Source: an uncultured Candidatus Saccharibacteria bacterium
Lineage (GTDB): Bacteria; Patescibacteriota; Minisyncoccia; Minisyncoccales; PEYH01
NCBI GenBank assembly: GCA_964388775.1
Contig: CAYMBW010000001.1
Location: 71,317-135,316, forward strand
Length of the DNA: 64,000 nucleotides
Direction of reading: 5' to 3'
In this document: positions 1 to 8,187 of the stretch, one piece after another
Layout: each line of letters opens with the position of its first letter
How positions within the stretch are numbered: the first letter of the stretch is position 1
Translations under genes and position numbers: made by a program
Notes under the pieces: generated by a model
The model's input: the letters and a program-made list of their open reading frames with translations, nothing else
What the model was told of the DNA's origin: nothing
The model's database searches: none

Positions 1-486
1 TTTGATAAATATTTGGGCACTTCTGATATGCTTTTAGGAGAGGCGGTTTCTTATACTCTTGGCAAGAAAGTTGTGGAGGCCGATGGATTTTCCAATTGGC
101 AGATGATAGTGCCTTTTCACTTTAATCCAGATGATAGTATAACTGTTGGTGCGGTGGCTAAGGAAGGAACCGAATTGTATCTGTTAGAGAGTAACCCTGA
201 ACTATTTATTCAGCGACCAGCATTAGCTGTTAGGTTAGCTCGAAGCCGGGGAGAAATTTCAGAAAAAGAGATTGCCGGTGTGGTGATGGACCAGTGTGGA
301 GGGACATTGTTAGGCATTACCGAAGGCCTACCCGGCTGGAACCGGACGGTCTCCTTAATTGGTCCAGCTGCCGGAGAGGCACCATTCTTAGGAGTATCCA
401 ATTTAGGACCTTATGGTCATTTCCTGGGAATAGGAAATAGGTACGGAGAAGTGACAGCTTCGATAATTGTCTTTAGTAAAGATTAA
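1..486 (+). CDS. Hypothetical protein, probably 5'-truncated by the window edge
   Basis: Open frame from the window start to TAA at 484-486; no recognisable motif. Confidence 0.5.
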   Translation, partial: FDKYLGTSDMLLGEAVSYTLGKKVVEADGFSNWQMIVPFHFNPDDSITVGAVAKEGTELYLLESNPELFIQRPALAVRLARSRGEISEKEIAGVVMDQCGGTLLGITEGLPGWNRTVSLIGPAAGEAPFLGVSNLGPYGHFLGIGNRYGEVTASIIVFSKD

Positions 487-557
487 AGATTTTATAAAGA
501 CAGAATAAATGTAGGCAAATTTTTGTTGTTTCTTTATTTTAGGGTTTAAAAAATTTA

Positions 558-1550
558 ATGACTCACAAAAGTTTAAAAGTAAAATTTGTTATTTATTTAA
601 TTCCTTTGATTTTGCTGATTTCTTGCGCCTTTTTATTTTTTTATTTATTCAGGTCTAGTTATTCTATAAAAGAACAATTATCAGAATTTGGTTTTCATTT
701 AGCAAAAGATTTATCTTATTCTTCCCAGCTGGCGGTAGCGTCAGAAGACCCAGTTTTACTCCAGCCTAGTTTGGAGGGCGTGCTCGAAGAAGAAGAGGCG
801 CTTTTAGTGGTAGTTTATAATAAGGCGGGCCATATTATTCTTTCAGAAAGTAAGAGAGAAATTGAAGAACGGATGCCCTTAGATGTGTTGGAAGAGCTTT
901 CAAGGGGAGGGGGGCCATTAAAGAAGCTTAGCCAGAGCAAAGACGATAAGAAGATATATGATTTTTATTCCCCTATTTTCATAAAGAAGACCTTTATGCC
1001 TTTTCCAACTGCTGAAGCTGGCAAATTAGCCGGCTTTGTCAGGGTTAGCTTGTCTTTAGAAAAGATTAAGACAGAGAATAGGGCAGTACTTTTTCAGGGA
1101 TTGAGTATAACTGGCTTGGTTATCTTATTGGGTTTTTTCGTGTCAATTTTCTTGGCTGAGCGATTAGTAATGCCCATTAGAATTTTCATAAAGGGAACGG
1201 AAGAAATCACTAAAGGAAATTTGGATTATCGGTTTGAAATGAAAACAGGGGACGAGATTGAACAATTAGCTGAACAGTTTAATCAGATGACCGAGAGTTT
1301 GAAAGAGTCGCGCAAAGAATTAGAAAAAGCGAGGGATGTTTTAGAGATAAGGGTGGCGGCGCGGACTAGAGAATTGAAGGAATTTGCCGAAGGGCTGGAG
1401 GAAAATATTAAATTAAGAACCAAGGAGTTGCAAGAGAGAATTGACGAATTAGAATCCTTTCATAAGCTTACCGTTGGCCGGGAATTAAAAATGATTGAGC
1501 TCAAGAAAGAGATAGAGTCCCTGAAAGAGCAATTAATTAAAAAAAGATGA
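558..1550 (+). CDS. Membrane sensor: 2 TM helices, extracytoplasmic domain, HAMP and C-terminal coiled coil, with no catalytic output domain
   Basis: Two hydrophobic segments; HAMP motif 'PIRIFIKGTEEITKGNLDYRFEMKTGDEIEQLAEQFNQM'; signalling helix 'LEIRVAARTREL'. Confidence 0.8.
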   Translation: MTHKSLKVKFVIYLIPLILLISCAFLFFYLFRSSYSIKEQLSEFGFHLAKDLSYSSQLAVASEDPVLLQPSLEGVLEEEEALLVVVYNKAGHIILSESKREIEERMPLDVLEELSRGGGPLKKLSQSKDDKKIYDFYSPIFIKKTFMPFPTAEAGKLAGFVRVSLSLEKIKTENRAVLFQGLSITGLVILLGFFVSIFLAERLVMPIRIFIKGTEEITKGNLDYRFEMKTGDEIEQLAEQFNQMTESLKESRKELEKARDVLEIRVAARTRELKEFAEGLEENIKLRTKELQERIDELESFHKLTVGRELKMIELKKEIESLKEQLIKKR

Positions 1551-1554
1551 GAAA

Positions 1555-2157
1555 ATGGCTCAAAAAGTAGAAAAAGAGACAGCGCGTAATCTGATGATTA
1601 TTCCCGGGAACGTAAGAGGAACCGTTATTTTGGCGGATGCGGAATATATCCGCCAGAAATTGGGCAATCAGGGCCTTAAATTAACCGAAAAGCGCTTGCG
1701 AGAATTAGGATGTCCCTTCTTATTTGACGAAATCAAGCCAATGGAATATTATCCCGAGGCGTTTAGTGTTTTAGTTATTCTGCTGGCCAGGGAATTATTG
1801 GATTTAGACGATGAAGGAGTTTTTGAAATGGGAAAGTCAGGCCTGAAACATTCTTTTTTTGTGAGAATTTTAACAAAATATTTTCTTTCTGCCAAAAGGT
1901 GTTTTGAGGAAAGCCCGACATATTGGAAAAAACATTTTGATTTTGGAACAGTGGAGACCGTAAAATTTGACGAACAAAAACGTTCTGCGGTTTTTAGAGT
2001 CAAGGGATATAAATTTCATCCCATTATGTGCATCTATCATGAAGGTTATTTTCAGCAAATCGCTCAAATGGCGATAGGCAAAAAAGACGTTACCATAGAG
2101 GAAACAAAATGTGTGTTTAAGGGAGAGCCGTATCATGAGTATATAATTCGCTGGTGA
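1555..2157 (+). CDS. V4R/HNOB-like small-ligand-binding domain protein
   Basis: C-terminal 'IEETKCVFKGEPYHEYIIRW' resembles the V4R signature; located in a signalling operon. Confidence 0.6.
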   Translation: MAQKVEKETARNLMIIPGNVRGTVILADAEYIRQKLGNQGLKLTEKRLRELGCPFLFDEIKPMEYYPEAFSVLVILLARELLDLDDEGVFEMGKSGLKHSFFVRILTKYFLSAKRCFEESPTYWKKHFDFGTVETVKFDEQKRSAVFRVKGYKFHPIMCIYHEGYFQQIAQMAIGKKDVTIEETKCVFKGEPYHEYIIRW

Positions 2158-2167
2158 CATTGATACA

Positions 2168-3766
2168 ATGAGGAATAAATTTGACTCCAATCAAAAAAGT
2201 TTAAATACTGTGCCGGAATATCAGAGAGAAATAGAAAGATTACAAGAAGACCTAAATGAAGTTACTGCTTATTTGGGTGATTTCCTTTCTTTTTTGCCTT
2301 TGCCGATTTGCGATGTAAGCCCGGCTGGAATGATAAGCAACGTGAACAAGGCCTTTGAGAAATTAACCGGCTTTCGTTTCAGCGAGGCGGTGGGCGAATA
2401 TTTATCAAAGTTTTTTACAGAGCGAGGCGACGTTAATACCTGTCTCACAACATCGGAGAAAGATAATGTGGTACAGAACAAAGAATTATCTTTAGTCACC
2501 AAGGATAATAGGAAAGTATCGGTGAGCGTGTCTTTTGCGGCGAAACGCGATAACAGAGGAGAATTAATGGGTTATTTCGTAGGGGTTACAGACATTACTC
2601 TTCTGAAAGATTTGCAAACCAGAACAGAGGAAAAAATCAAGGTCAGAACAAAGGACTTAGAGAATTCGAGAACCGCTTTGCTCAATATGCTTGAGGACGC
2701 CGAAGTGGCTAAACAGCAAATAGAAAAGGAAAAAAATAGAAGTCAGGTAATTTTTAGCAATTTTATTGATGGGCTGCTGATATTTAATCCTAAAGGAGAA
2801 TTGGAGTTTTTAAACCCCCAAGCGGAGTATTTCTTAAAGATAAAACAAACAACCTTGATTGGGAGAACAACTAAGCAATTGGTTGAGTTGCCGGAAATGC
2901 GGGATTTAGCAAAAATGCTTGCAGATAGAAAGAAAGATATTTTTAGAAAAGAGCTTCCTTTTGAAAAGGGAGAATTAGTTGTGGAAGTCACAACCCAGAC
3001 ATTGAATCCCGGAGAAGAAGACGCATCGACTCTTGTAATCCTTCATGATATTTCAAGAGAGAAGGTCATAGAGCGCCTAAAAAGTCAGTTTGTTTCGGTA
3101 GCCGCTCATCAGCTCAGAACCCCATTGTCTATTATAAAATGGTCATTGTCTATGATTTTGGAAGAGGAAATGGGACCACTTAATTCTGAACAGAAAGAAA
3201 TGCTGTCTCGGGCGAATCAGACAAACGAAAGAATGATTCGATTGATTAATGATTTGTTAAATGTCGCCAGGATAGAAGAAGGAAGATTTATGTATCGCCC
3301 GACGATAATAGATTTAGGTGAATTTGTGGAATCAATCGTTATTTCGTTAAAACCATTAGCCCAGAAGAAGAAAATAAAGCTCGGTCTCAAAATATCCAAA
3401 ACTAAAGCGCCGAAAGTTATAAGAGCTGATATTGAAAAATTAAACTTGGCAATCAAGAATATCATTGAGAACGCCATATTCTATACTGATTCCGGGGGCA
3501 GCGTTGAAGTTTCTTTAAGCAGAAAAAAGGATGAGGTGGAATTGTCTGTTAAGGACAATGGAATTGGTATTCCGAAAGACCAACTGGACAGAGTGTTCGC
3601 TAAATTTTTCAGAGCCGATAATGCCGTAAGGAAAGAGACCGAGGGCACGGGCTTGGGTTTGTTTATCGCCAAGAATGTTGTAGAAGCCCATAGGGGCAAG
3701 ATTTCGTTTGTTTCAGAAGAAAAAAAAGGCACGACCTTTACTATCTCTTTGCCGGCCATAGGGTGA
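2168..3766 (+). CDS. Cytoplasmic PAS-PAS sensor histidine kinase
   Basis: H-box 'AAHQLRTPLS', N-box 'NIIENAIFY', G boxes 'DNGIGI' and 'GTGLGL'; two PAS-like segments. Confidence 0.93.
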   Translation: MRNKFDSNQKSLNTVPEYQREIERLQEDLNEVTAYLGDFLSFLPLPICDVSPAGMISNVNKAFEKLTGFRFSEAVGEYLSKFFTERGDVNTCLTTSEKDNVVQNKELSLVTKDNRKVSVSVSFAAKRDNRGELMGYFVGVTDITLLKDLQTRTEEKIKVRTKDLENSRTALLNMLEDAEVAKQQIEKEKNRSQVIFSNFIDGLLIFNPKGELEFLNPQAEYFLKIKQTTLIGRTTKQLVELPEMRDLAKMLADRKKDIFRKELPFEKGELVVEVTTQTLNPGEEDASTLVILHDISREKVIERLKSQFVSVAAHQLRTPLSIIKWSLSMILEEEMGPLNSEQKEMLSRANQTNERMIRLINDLLNVARIEEGRFMYRPTIIDLGEFVESIVISLKPLAQKKKIKLGLKISKTKAPKVIRADIEKLNLAIKNIIENAIFYTDSGGSVEVSLSRKKDEVELSVKDNGIGIPKDQLDRVFAKFFRADNAVRKETEGTGLGLFIAKNVVEAHRGKISFVSEEKKGTTFTISLPAIG

Positions 3767-3818
3767 GCGCTGGTAAAAATTAACCGTATATTGTATTATG
3801 AAAGATGGGAATTAACAT

Positions 3819-3846
3819 TTGACAGGGACTACTGAAGAGTTAAAAT
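3819..3846 (+). promoter_or_regulatory. Sigma70-type promoter for the receiver genes
   Basis: TTGACA-16 nt-TAAAAT upstream of ATG 3874. Confidence 0.55.
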
Positions 3847-3873
3847 GATAATATTATTAAATATCAAGAAATT

Positions 3874-4257
3874 ATGGCCAAAAAGATTTTAATTATAGAA
3901 GATGAAGAGCTGCTTTTAAATCTTTTAAAAAACAAGCTAAGCGAATTGGGCTACGAGGTTTTTACAGCCATCGATGGCTTGCAGGGGTTAGAGGGCATTA
4001 AGGAACTCGCGCCTGACTTAGTATTGCTGGATATAGTGATGCCCAAAATGGGGGGATTTGAAGTGTTGGAGAAAAAACAGGAGGATGATTCCATCAAAAA
4101 TATTCCCGTGATTATTATTTCCAATTCCGGCCAGCCGGTGGAATTAGAAAAGGCAAAACAGTTGGGCGTCAATGATTGGCTGGTGAAAACAGAGTTTGAC
4201 CCCATAGAAGTAGTGGAAAAGGTTATAAAACAAATCGGAGACAGTAACAATAATTAA
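3874..4257 (+). CDS. Single-domain response regulator (CheY-like receiver)
   Basis: 'ILIIEDE', 'LLDIVMPKMGG', 'IISN', 'LVK'. Confidence 0.92.
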   Translation: MAKKILIIEDEELLLNLLKNKLSELGYEVFTAIDGLQGLEGIKELAPDLVLLDIVMPKMGGFEVLEKKQEDDSIKNIPVIIISNSGQPVELEKAKQLGVNDWLVKTEFDPIEVVEKVIKQIGDSNNN

Positions 4258-4274
4258 ATCGGCTAAGCAAAATT

Positions 4275-4670
4275 ATGCAGGAACATATTCTCATAGTAGA
4301 AGATGATAAATTCCTGAGAGAGCTCATATCAAGAAAGCTTTTAAACGAAGGGTTTAAAATAGATGAAGCGATAGACGGAGAAGAAGCTTTAAGAAAAATA
4401 GAGGAGGCAAAACCGGATTTGGTTTTGCTTGACCTTATCTTACCCGGCTTAGATGGTTTCGAGGTTTTGGAGAGAATAAAGGACAATCCGAGCACGAACA
4501 TAGTACCGGTGCTTATCCTTTCAAATTTGGGGCAGAGAGACGAGATTGAAAGAGGGCTGAAACTGGGAGCGGTTGATTTTTTGGTAAAGGCGCATTTTAC
4601 GCCCGAGGAAATAGTGGATAAAATTAAAACTATTTTCCAAAAAAAGCCCGTAACCGGCAAAAACGAATAA
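4275..4670 (+). CDS. Single-domain response regulator (CheY-like receiver)
   Basis: 'ILIVEDD', 'LLDLILPGLDG', 'ILSN', 'FLVK'. Confidence 0.92.
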   Translation: MQEHILIVEDDKFLRELISRKLLNEGFKIDEAIDGEEALRKIEEAKPDLVLLDLILPGLDGFEVLERIKDNPSTNIVPVLILSNLGQRDEIERGLKLGAVDFLVKAHFTPEEIVDKIKTIFQKKPVTGKNE

Positions 4671-4736
4671 TTTTACGAGTTTTTGACAGGAGGAATTTCG
4701 AGAAAAGTCCCGAGCAAGGACTTTTCTTTGCGCAAT

Positions 4737-5675
4737 ATGCTTATTTTAATTTTTGGCAAAGATACATATAGAGGATGGCAAAAGCTTAAAGAGATAGTCG
4801 GCGATTTCGAGCAAGAGAACAATATTTCTTTGTCTTTGGATTCTTTGGAAAATGATACTTTTACAATAGAGGATTTGAAAAACGAATTAAGGCATGGCTC
4901 AATGTTTGAGAAAAAAAAGATAGTAGTTTTGAGGAACGGCTTTAGCAAGACGAACTTTAAAGAAGGGTTTATGAAAGAAATTAAAGGCCTATCAGGATAT
5001 AAAGATGCTTTAATGGTTTTTTATGAAGAAGGAGAGGCCTCAATAAATGCGGATTTTTTGAAACTTCTCAAGAAATACGGCGATGTTTACAAGTTCGATT
5101 TTTTAAAAGACAGCGACTTGAAAGAATGGGTTAAAAAAGAGTTATCTTTATTAGGGGCAAGGGTGAACCCGGATGCTCTGGCGTTATTAATTAATTCAAC
5201 GGGTGGCGACTTGTGGCGGTTATCAGCGGAGATTAAAAAACTTGTTGCCTATAAAGTGAGCGAGAAGAATATTGAGAAGAAAGACGTGGAGCTTTTAGTG
5301 AGGCCCAATGTTAATGCCGTGATTTTTAAAACCATTGATGCGATCGCCGCGGGAGACAAAAAAATCGCTCTTGATTTGATATATAGACATTTAGAAAAAG
5401 GCGATTCCCCGCTTTATCTCTTTTCAATGATAATATTTCAATTTAGAAATCTATTGGTTGTTAAAGAATTGGAGGAACGGTCTTTTGAAGAAAAAGTAAA
5501 AATTTTAAAACCTATGCGCCCTTTTGTGGTAAGAAAAAGCTCTTGGTTGGCGGGCAGGTTTTCTCTGAAGCAGCTACAAGACATCTATTTGAAAATTTTT
5601 AAGATGGATTTGGCGATTAAGAAGGGGAAAATAAAACCAGAGACAGCTCTGGAATTATTGGTTGCAGATATCTAA
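4737..5675 (+). CDS. holA: DNA polymerase III delta subunit
   Basis: 'MLILIFGKDTY', 'GGDLWRLSAEIKKL', 'DLAIKKG'; adjacent to rpsT, the usual synteny. Start taken at ATG 4737. Confidence 0.88.
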   Translation: MLILIFGKDTYRGWQKLKEIVGDFEQENNISLSLDSLENDTFTIEDLKNELRHGSMFEKKKIVVLRNGFSKTNFKEGFMKEIKGLSGYKDALMVFYEEGEASINADFLKLLKKYGDVYKFDFLKDSDLKEWVKKELSLLGARVNPDALALLINSTGGDLWRLSAEIKKLVAYKVSEKNIEKKDVELLVRPNVNAVIFKTIDAIAAGDKKIALDLIYRHLEKGDSPLYLFSMIIFQFRNLLVVKELEERSFEEKVKILKPMRPFVVRKSSWLAGRFSLKQLQDIYLKIFKMDLAIKKGKIKPETALELLVADI

Positions 5676-5716
5676 AAAGTGTTTGATTTCCGAAATCAGA
5701 CAATCTGATAAGTGTT

Positions 5717-5971
5717 TTATTTCAAAACCCGGGTAATGCTGGATTTTTTTCTGGCCGCCGTATTTTTCTTGATAACATTTTCTTTGGCCGCCTTGTCCAC
5801 CGCCTTATAATACTTAGAGAGCAGTTCGCGCGCTTCTTTTATTTTGTTTTCTTTTTGCAGAGCAAGGATTTGCTTTTGCAGTCCCTTAATGATTTTTTTG
5901 TAGCGCAAATTAGACGCTCTGTTTCGGCGCTCTTTTCTCAATGATTTAATGGCTGATTTTGTAATAGGCAT
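5717..5971 (-). CDS. rpsT: 30S ribosomal protein S20
   Basis: 'MPITKSAIKSLR...AVDKAAKENVIKKNTAARKKS'. Confidence 0.95.
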   Translation of the reverse strand: MPITKSAIKSLRKERRNRASNLRYKKIIKGLQKQILALQKENKIKEARELLSKYYKAVDKAAKENVIKKNTAARKKSSITRVLK

Positions 5972-6114
5972 GTTTCCTTTGGTCAAATTAAAAAATTAAA
6001 ATGAAAAATTAAGAATAAGAATAAAATATTTCTTGTGGTTAATACAATATCATACCCTTTATTTTTTTTCAAGCTTGAGCGGTTGAAAGCAAGCGGGGAA
6101 TAGGGAAATTAAAT

Positions 6115-6143
6115 TTGACTTTGTTTTGACAATGTGTTATGAT
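6115..6143 (+). promoter_or_regulatory. Promoter of the DGR target gene
   Basis: TTGACT-17 nt-TATGAT with an extended TG, followed by boxA-like GTTCTTTGAAAA at about 6164. Confidence 0.6.
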
Positions 6144-6305
6144 GATGTTGTTATTATAATGAAGTTCTTTGAAAAAAGAGGTTCAACCTTATGAGGCGAG
6201 TTCTTTGGGCGTCCCTCAAAAGGGATTTCTAAAGGTCTCGTCTCATAAAAGAGACAAGACGTTTATCCGAGCGAATCGGGTAAGCAAAACAAAAGGAGGA
6301 TGACG

Positions 6306-7208
6306 ATGCCAAAAGCATTGATCACTAGCCGTGACGACAAAGGTCGTCATGCGGTCCACTTGTTCGAGATTGAGTATGACAAAGCAAGACTCGATGATGC
6401 ACGCGCGCAGCGGCTCAACGAGCGTGGAGGCGAACTCCAGGAAGGCATCGCAAAGCTCATCGCAGAGCTCTCGGTGTCCAACCGGTTCGCTGACGAGGAA
6501 ATGGAGTCGAGTTACACCTACCCAGGGGAGTACAAGGGGCCGAAGCCGATCGAGGAGCAGATCAAGGCAATCGCCAAGATCTTTGGACTTGACCCGAGTC
6601 AGGCGTTGGAATACGCCAAGAACTTGCCGGCGCTCCCCGAGGGTGCCGAAGGGTGGTTCGCAATCCCGTCGGTCGACGCACTTGCCAAGAGGCACTTCCC
6701 CGAAGTGACTGACCCGGTTGAGAAGTACTGCCGAGCTGTTCAGCTCGTTCACGCCAAGATCGCGGAATTTCGAACGTTCTGCAACTACCGCGAGGGGCAG
6801 ATCACACCTGACCACCTTCGGATGCATGCTCATACGGCACGCACACTCGAGCAGATCGCTGAGACGCAGAAGGGTGATATCCTAATCATCGCTGCTGAGC
6901 TCGGCATGAGGCACGGGAATCCGATTGCCCGCTCTGTTCGCAGAGCTCGTGAGGTTTTCATCGATAACGAGTTCGGCCTCGGATCAGTGGCAGGAGGATC
7001 CATCCTTCTGACTCATCCAGAGAGAGAGGTTCGATGGGAACAGCTTCACATGGTTCTTCCTGGCGATGAGTTTGCCCCGGGAGCCGGTGGCGATTTCTCG
7101 GGCGCGCCCTGCTTCTACTTCCACGACGGCAGGCTCGGGTTCGGCACGTACTGGCTCGACAATGCCAATCAGAACTATGGCTCGGCGTCCGGCTTTCTCC
7201 CGCAGTAG
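6306..7208 (+). CDS. DGR target (hypervariable) protein with a C-terminal VR, probably a C-type-lectin-like fold
   Basis: AGGAGG at 6294-6299 favours ATG 6306; the last 43 codons are the VR; ends 'YGSASGFLPQ'; visibly more GC-rich than host genes. The fold is inferred. Confidence 0.9.
   Translation: MPKALITSRDDKGRHAVHLFEIEYDKARLDDARAQRLNERGGELQEGIAKLIAELSVSNRFADEEMESSYTYPGEYKGPKPIEEQIKAIAKIFGLDPSQALEYAKNLPALPEGAEGWFAIPSVDALAKRHFPEVTDPVEKYCRAVQLVHAKIAEFRTFCNYREGQITPDHLRMHAHTARTLEQIAETQKGDILIIAAELGMRHGNPIARSVRRAREVFIDNEFGLGSVAGGSILLTHPEREVRWEQLHMVLPGDEFAPGAGGDFSGAPCFYFHDGRLGFGTYWLDNANQNYGSASGFLPQ
7077..7206 (+). repeat. DGR variable repeat (VR)
   Basis: 130-nt ungapped match to 7634-7763 with 13 mismatches, each opposite a TR adenine. 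Confidence 0.96.
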
Positions 7209-7282
7209 TACTTTGGACTCTTGGGACTTTTGAACCCTTTTGGGGGTTTGACTTCTTGTCTCGGGGGCTAACAAGACATCAA

Positions 7283-7330
7283 TGAGGGCTGTTCACCACG
7301 CATGACAGCCCTCACTCTTTTTTTATTTTC
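7283..7330 (+). terminator. Intrinsic terminator / hairpin after the DGR target
   Basis: 10-bp stem TGAGGGCTGT...ACAGCCCTCA followed by a T-rich tract. Confidence 0.7.
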
Positions 7331-7633
7331 TAAACCTGATATACTGATAGACGAGTATAGGCTAATGTATGGCAGTTTACGCCCGCCTGCAGCGCTTTGC
7401 GCAGCAATGCGGGCAGGGATTGCTATCGCCGAACTCTCTCTTCAATAAAAAGAGATTAAACAACCAGAATCTTGACGACTACGGTTTTCAAGAGCGAGTT
7501 GTCTTGAGGAGATACTGCTTGCTCTTGTCTGGGGCAGATGCCTCGAGTTTATCGAGGGGCTGCTGCCGAATAAAATACAGGAAGAAAAGATTTTCTTAAC
7601 TTCCAGTGATATGGATGGACAAGGGCAAATTAA

Positions 7634-7763
7634 CCGGAAGCCGATGGCGATTTCTCGAACGCGCCCTACTTCAACTTCAACGACGGCAAGCTCAAGTTCG
7701 ACACGAACTGGCTCGACAATGCCAATCAGAACTATGGCTCGGCGTCCGGCTTTCTCCCGAAGT
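7634..7763 (+). repeat. DGR template repeat (TR), part of a non-coding RNA
   Basis: AAC/AAG-rich copy of the VR with 31 adenines; preceded by TAA in the VR frame, so non-coding in that frame. Confidence 0.96.
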
Positions 7764-7775
7764 CTCTTCTCAAAG

Positions 7776-7809
7776 AACAAAGAGTGTCTGTTTTAAGACA
7801 CTCTTTGTT
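7776..7809. terminator. 14-bp perfect hairpin between TR and the convergent avd (bidirectional terminator or TR 3' spacer structure)
   Basis: AACAAAGAGTGTCT-gtttta-AGACACTCTTTGTT. Confidence 0.65.
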
Positions 7810-7815
7810 TATCAG

Positions 7816-8166
7816 TTAATTATTCAAGGACCTTATCCAACCGCCGAGCATTCGGCCGATTTCATCAATTTCTTTTTCAATCAAGATATATTTTTTATTA
7901 TCCAATGCCTTTGTATCTTTTAATAAGCGCATAAATATGCGGAGCATATCAAGCATAGAATCAATATTTCTTAAATCTTTAAGTTTTTCATTTTTAGGAA
8001 GACGGCTTACTTTAAGAATGGACTCTATAATCTCAAGCAGGGCATCCTCTGTTTTTGCATATATCGTAAATCTGTCCTGTTTAGGAATCAGGTACCTGAA
8101 TTCATGAAGTAATTTGTATAATTCATACAACTTTTTGAAAATGGGGATTTCATCTTCAATATTCAT
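7816..8166 (-). CDS. avd: DGR accessory variability determinant (Avd-like four-helix bundle)
   Basis: 'IPIFKKLYEL...IPKQDRFTI...LRIFMRL...EIGRMLGGW' is typical of Avd; lies between TR and RT. Confidence 0.9.
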   Translation of the reverse strand: MNIEDEIPIFKKLYELYKLLHEFRYLIPKQDRFTIYAKTEDALLEIIESILKVSRLPKNEKLKDLRNIDSMLDMLRIFMRLLKDTKALDNKKYILIEKEIDEIGRMLGGWIRSLNN

Positions 8167-8187
8167 TTCTTTTAATCTTAATTATAT

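Noticed and set aside
6243-6833. Long alternative ORFs overlapping the DGR target (196 aa minus, 125 aa plus)
   Set aside because: Expected stop-codon scarcity in a GC-rich gene; the target frame has the RBS and the in-frame VR.
7209-7250. Post-VR tract (CTTTGGACTCTTGGGACTTTTGAAC) as the source of the AAAGTCC heptamer arrays
   Set aside because: The similarity is limited to 7-9 nt with irregular period; too weak to support a link.
6984-7780. Minus-strand ORFs 6984-7274 and 7442-7780 sharing 'REKAGRRAIVLIGIVEPVR', and plus-strand ORFs over TR
   Set aside because: Shadows of the VR/TR repeat in other frames; no independent coding evidence.
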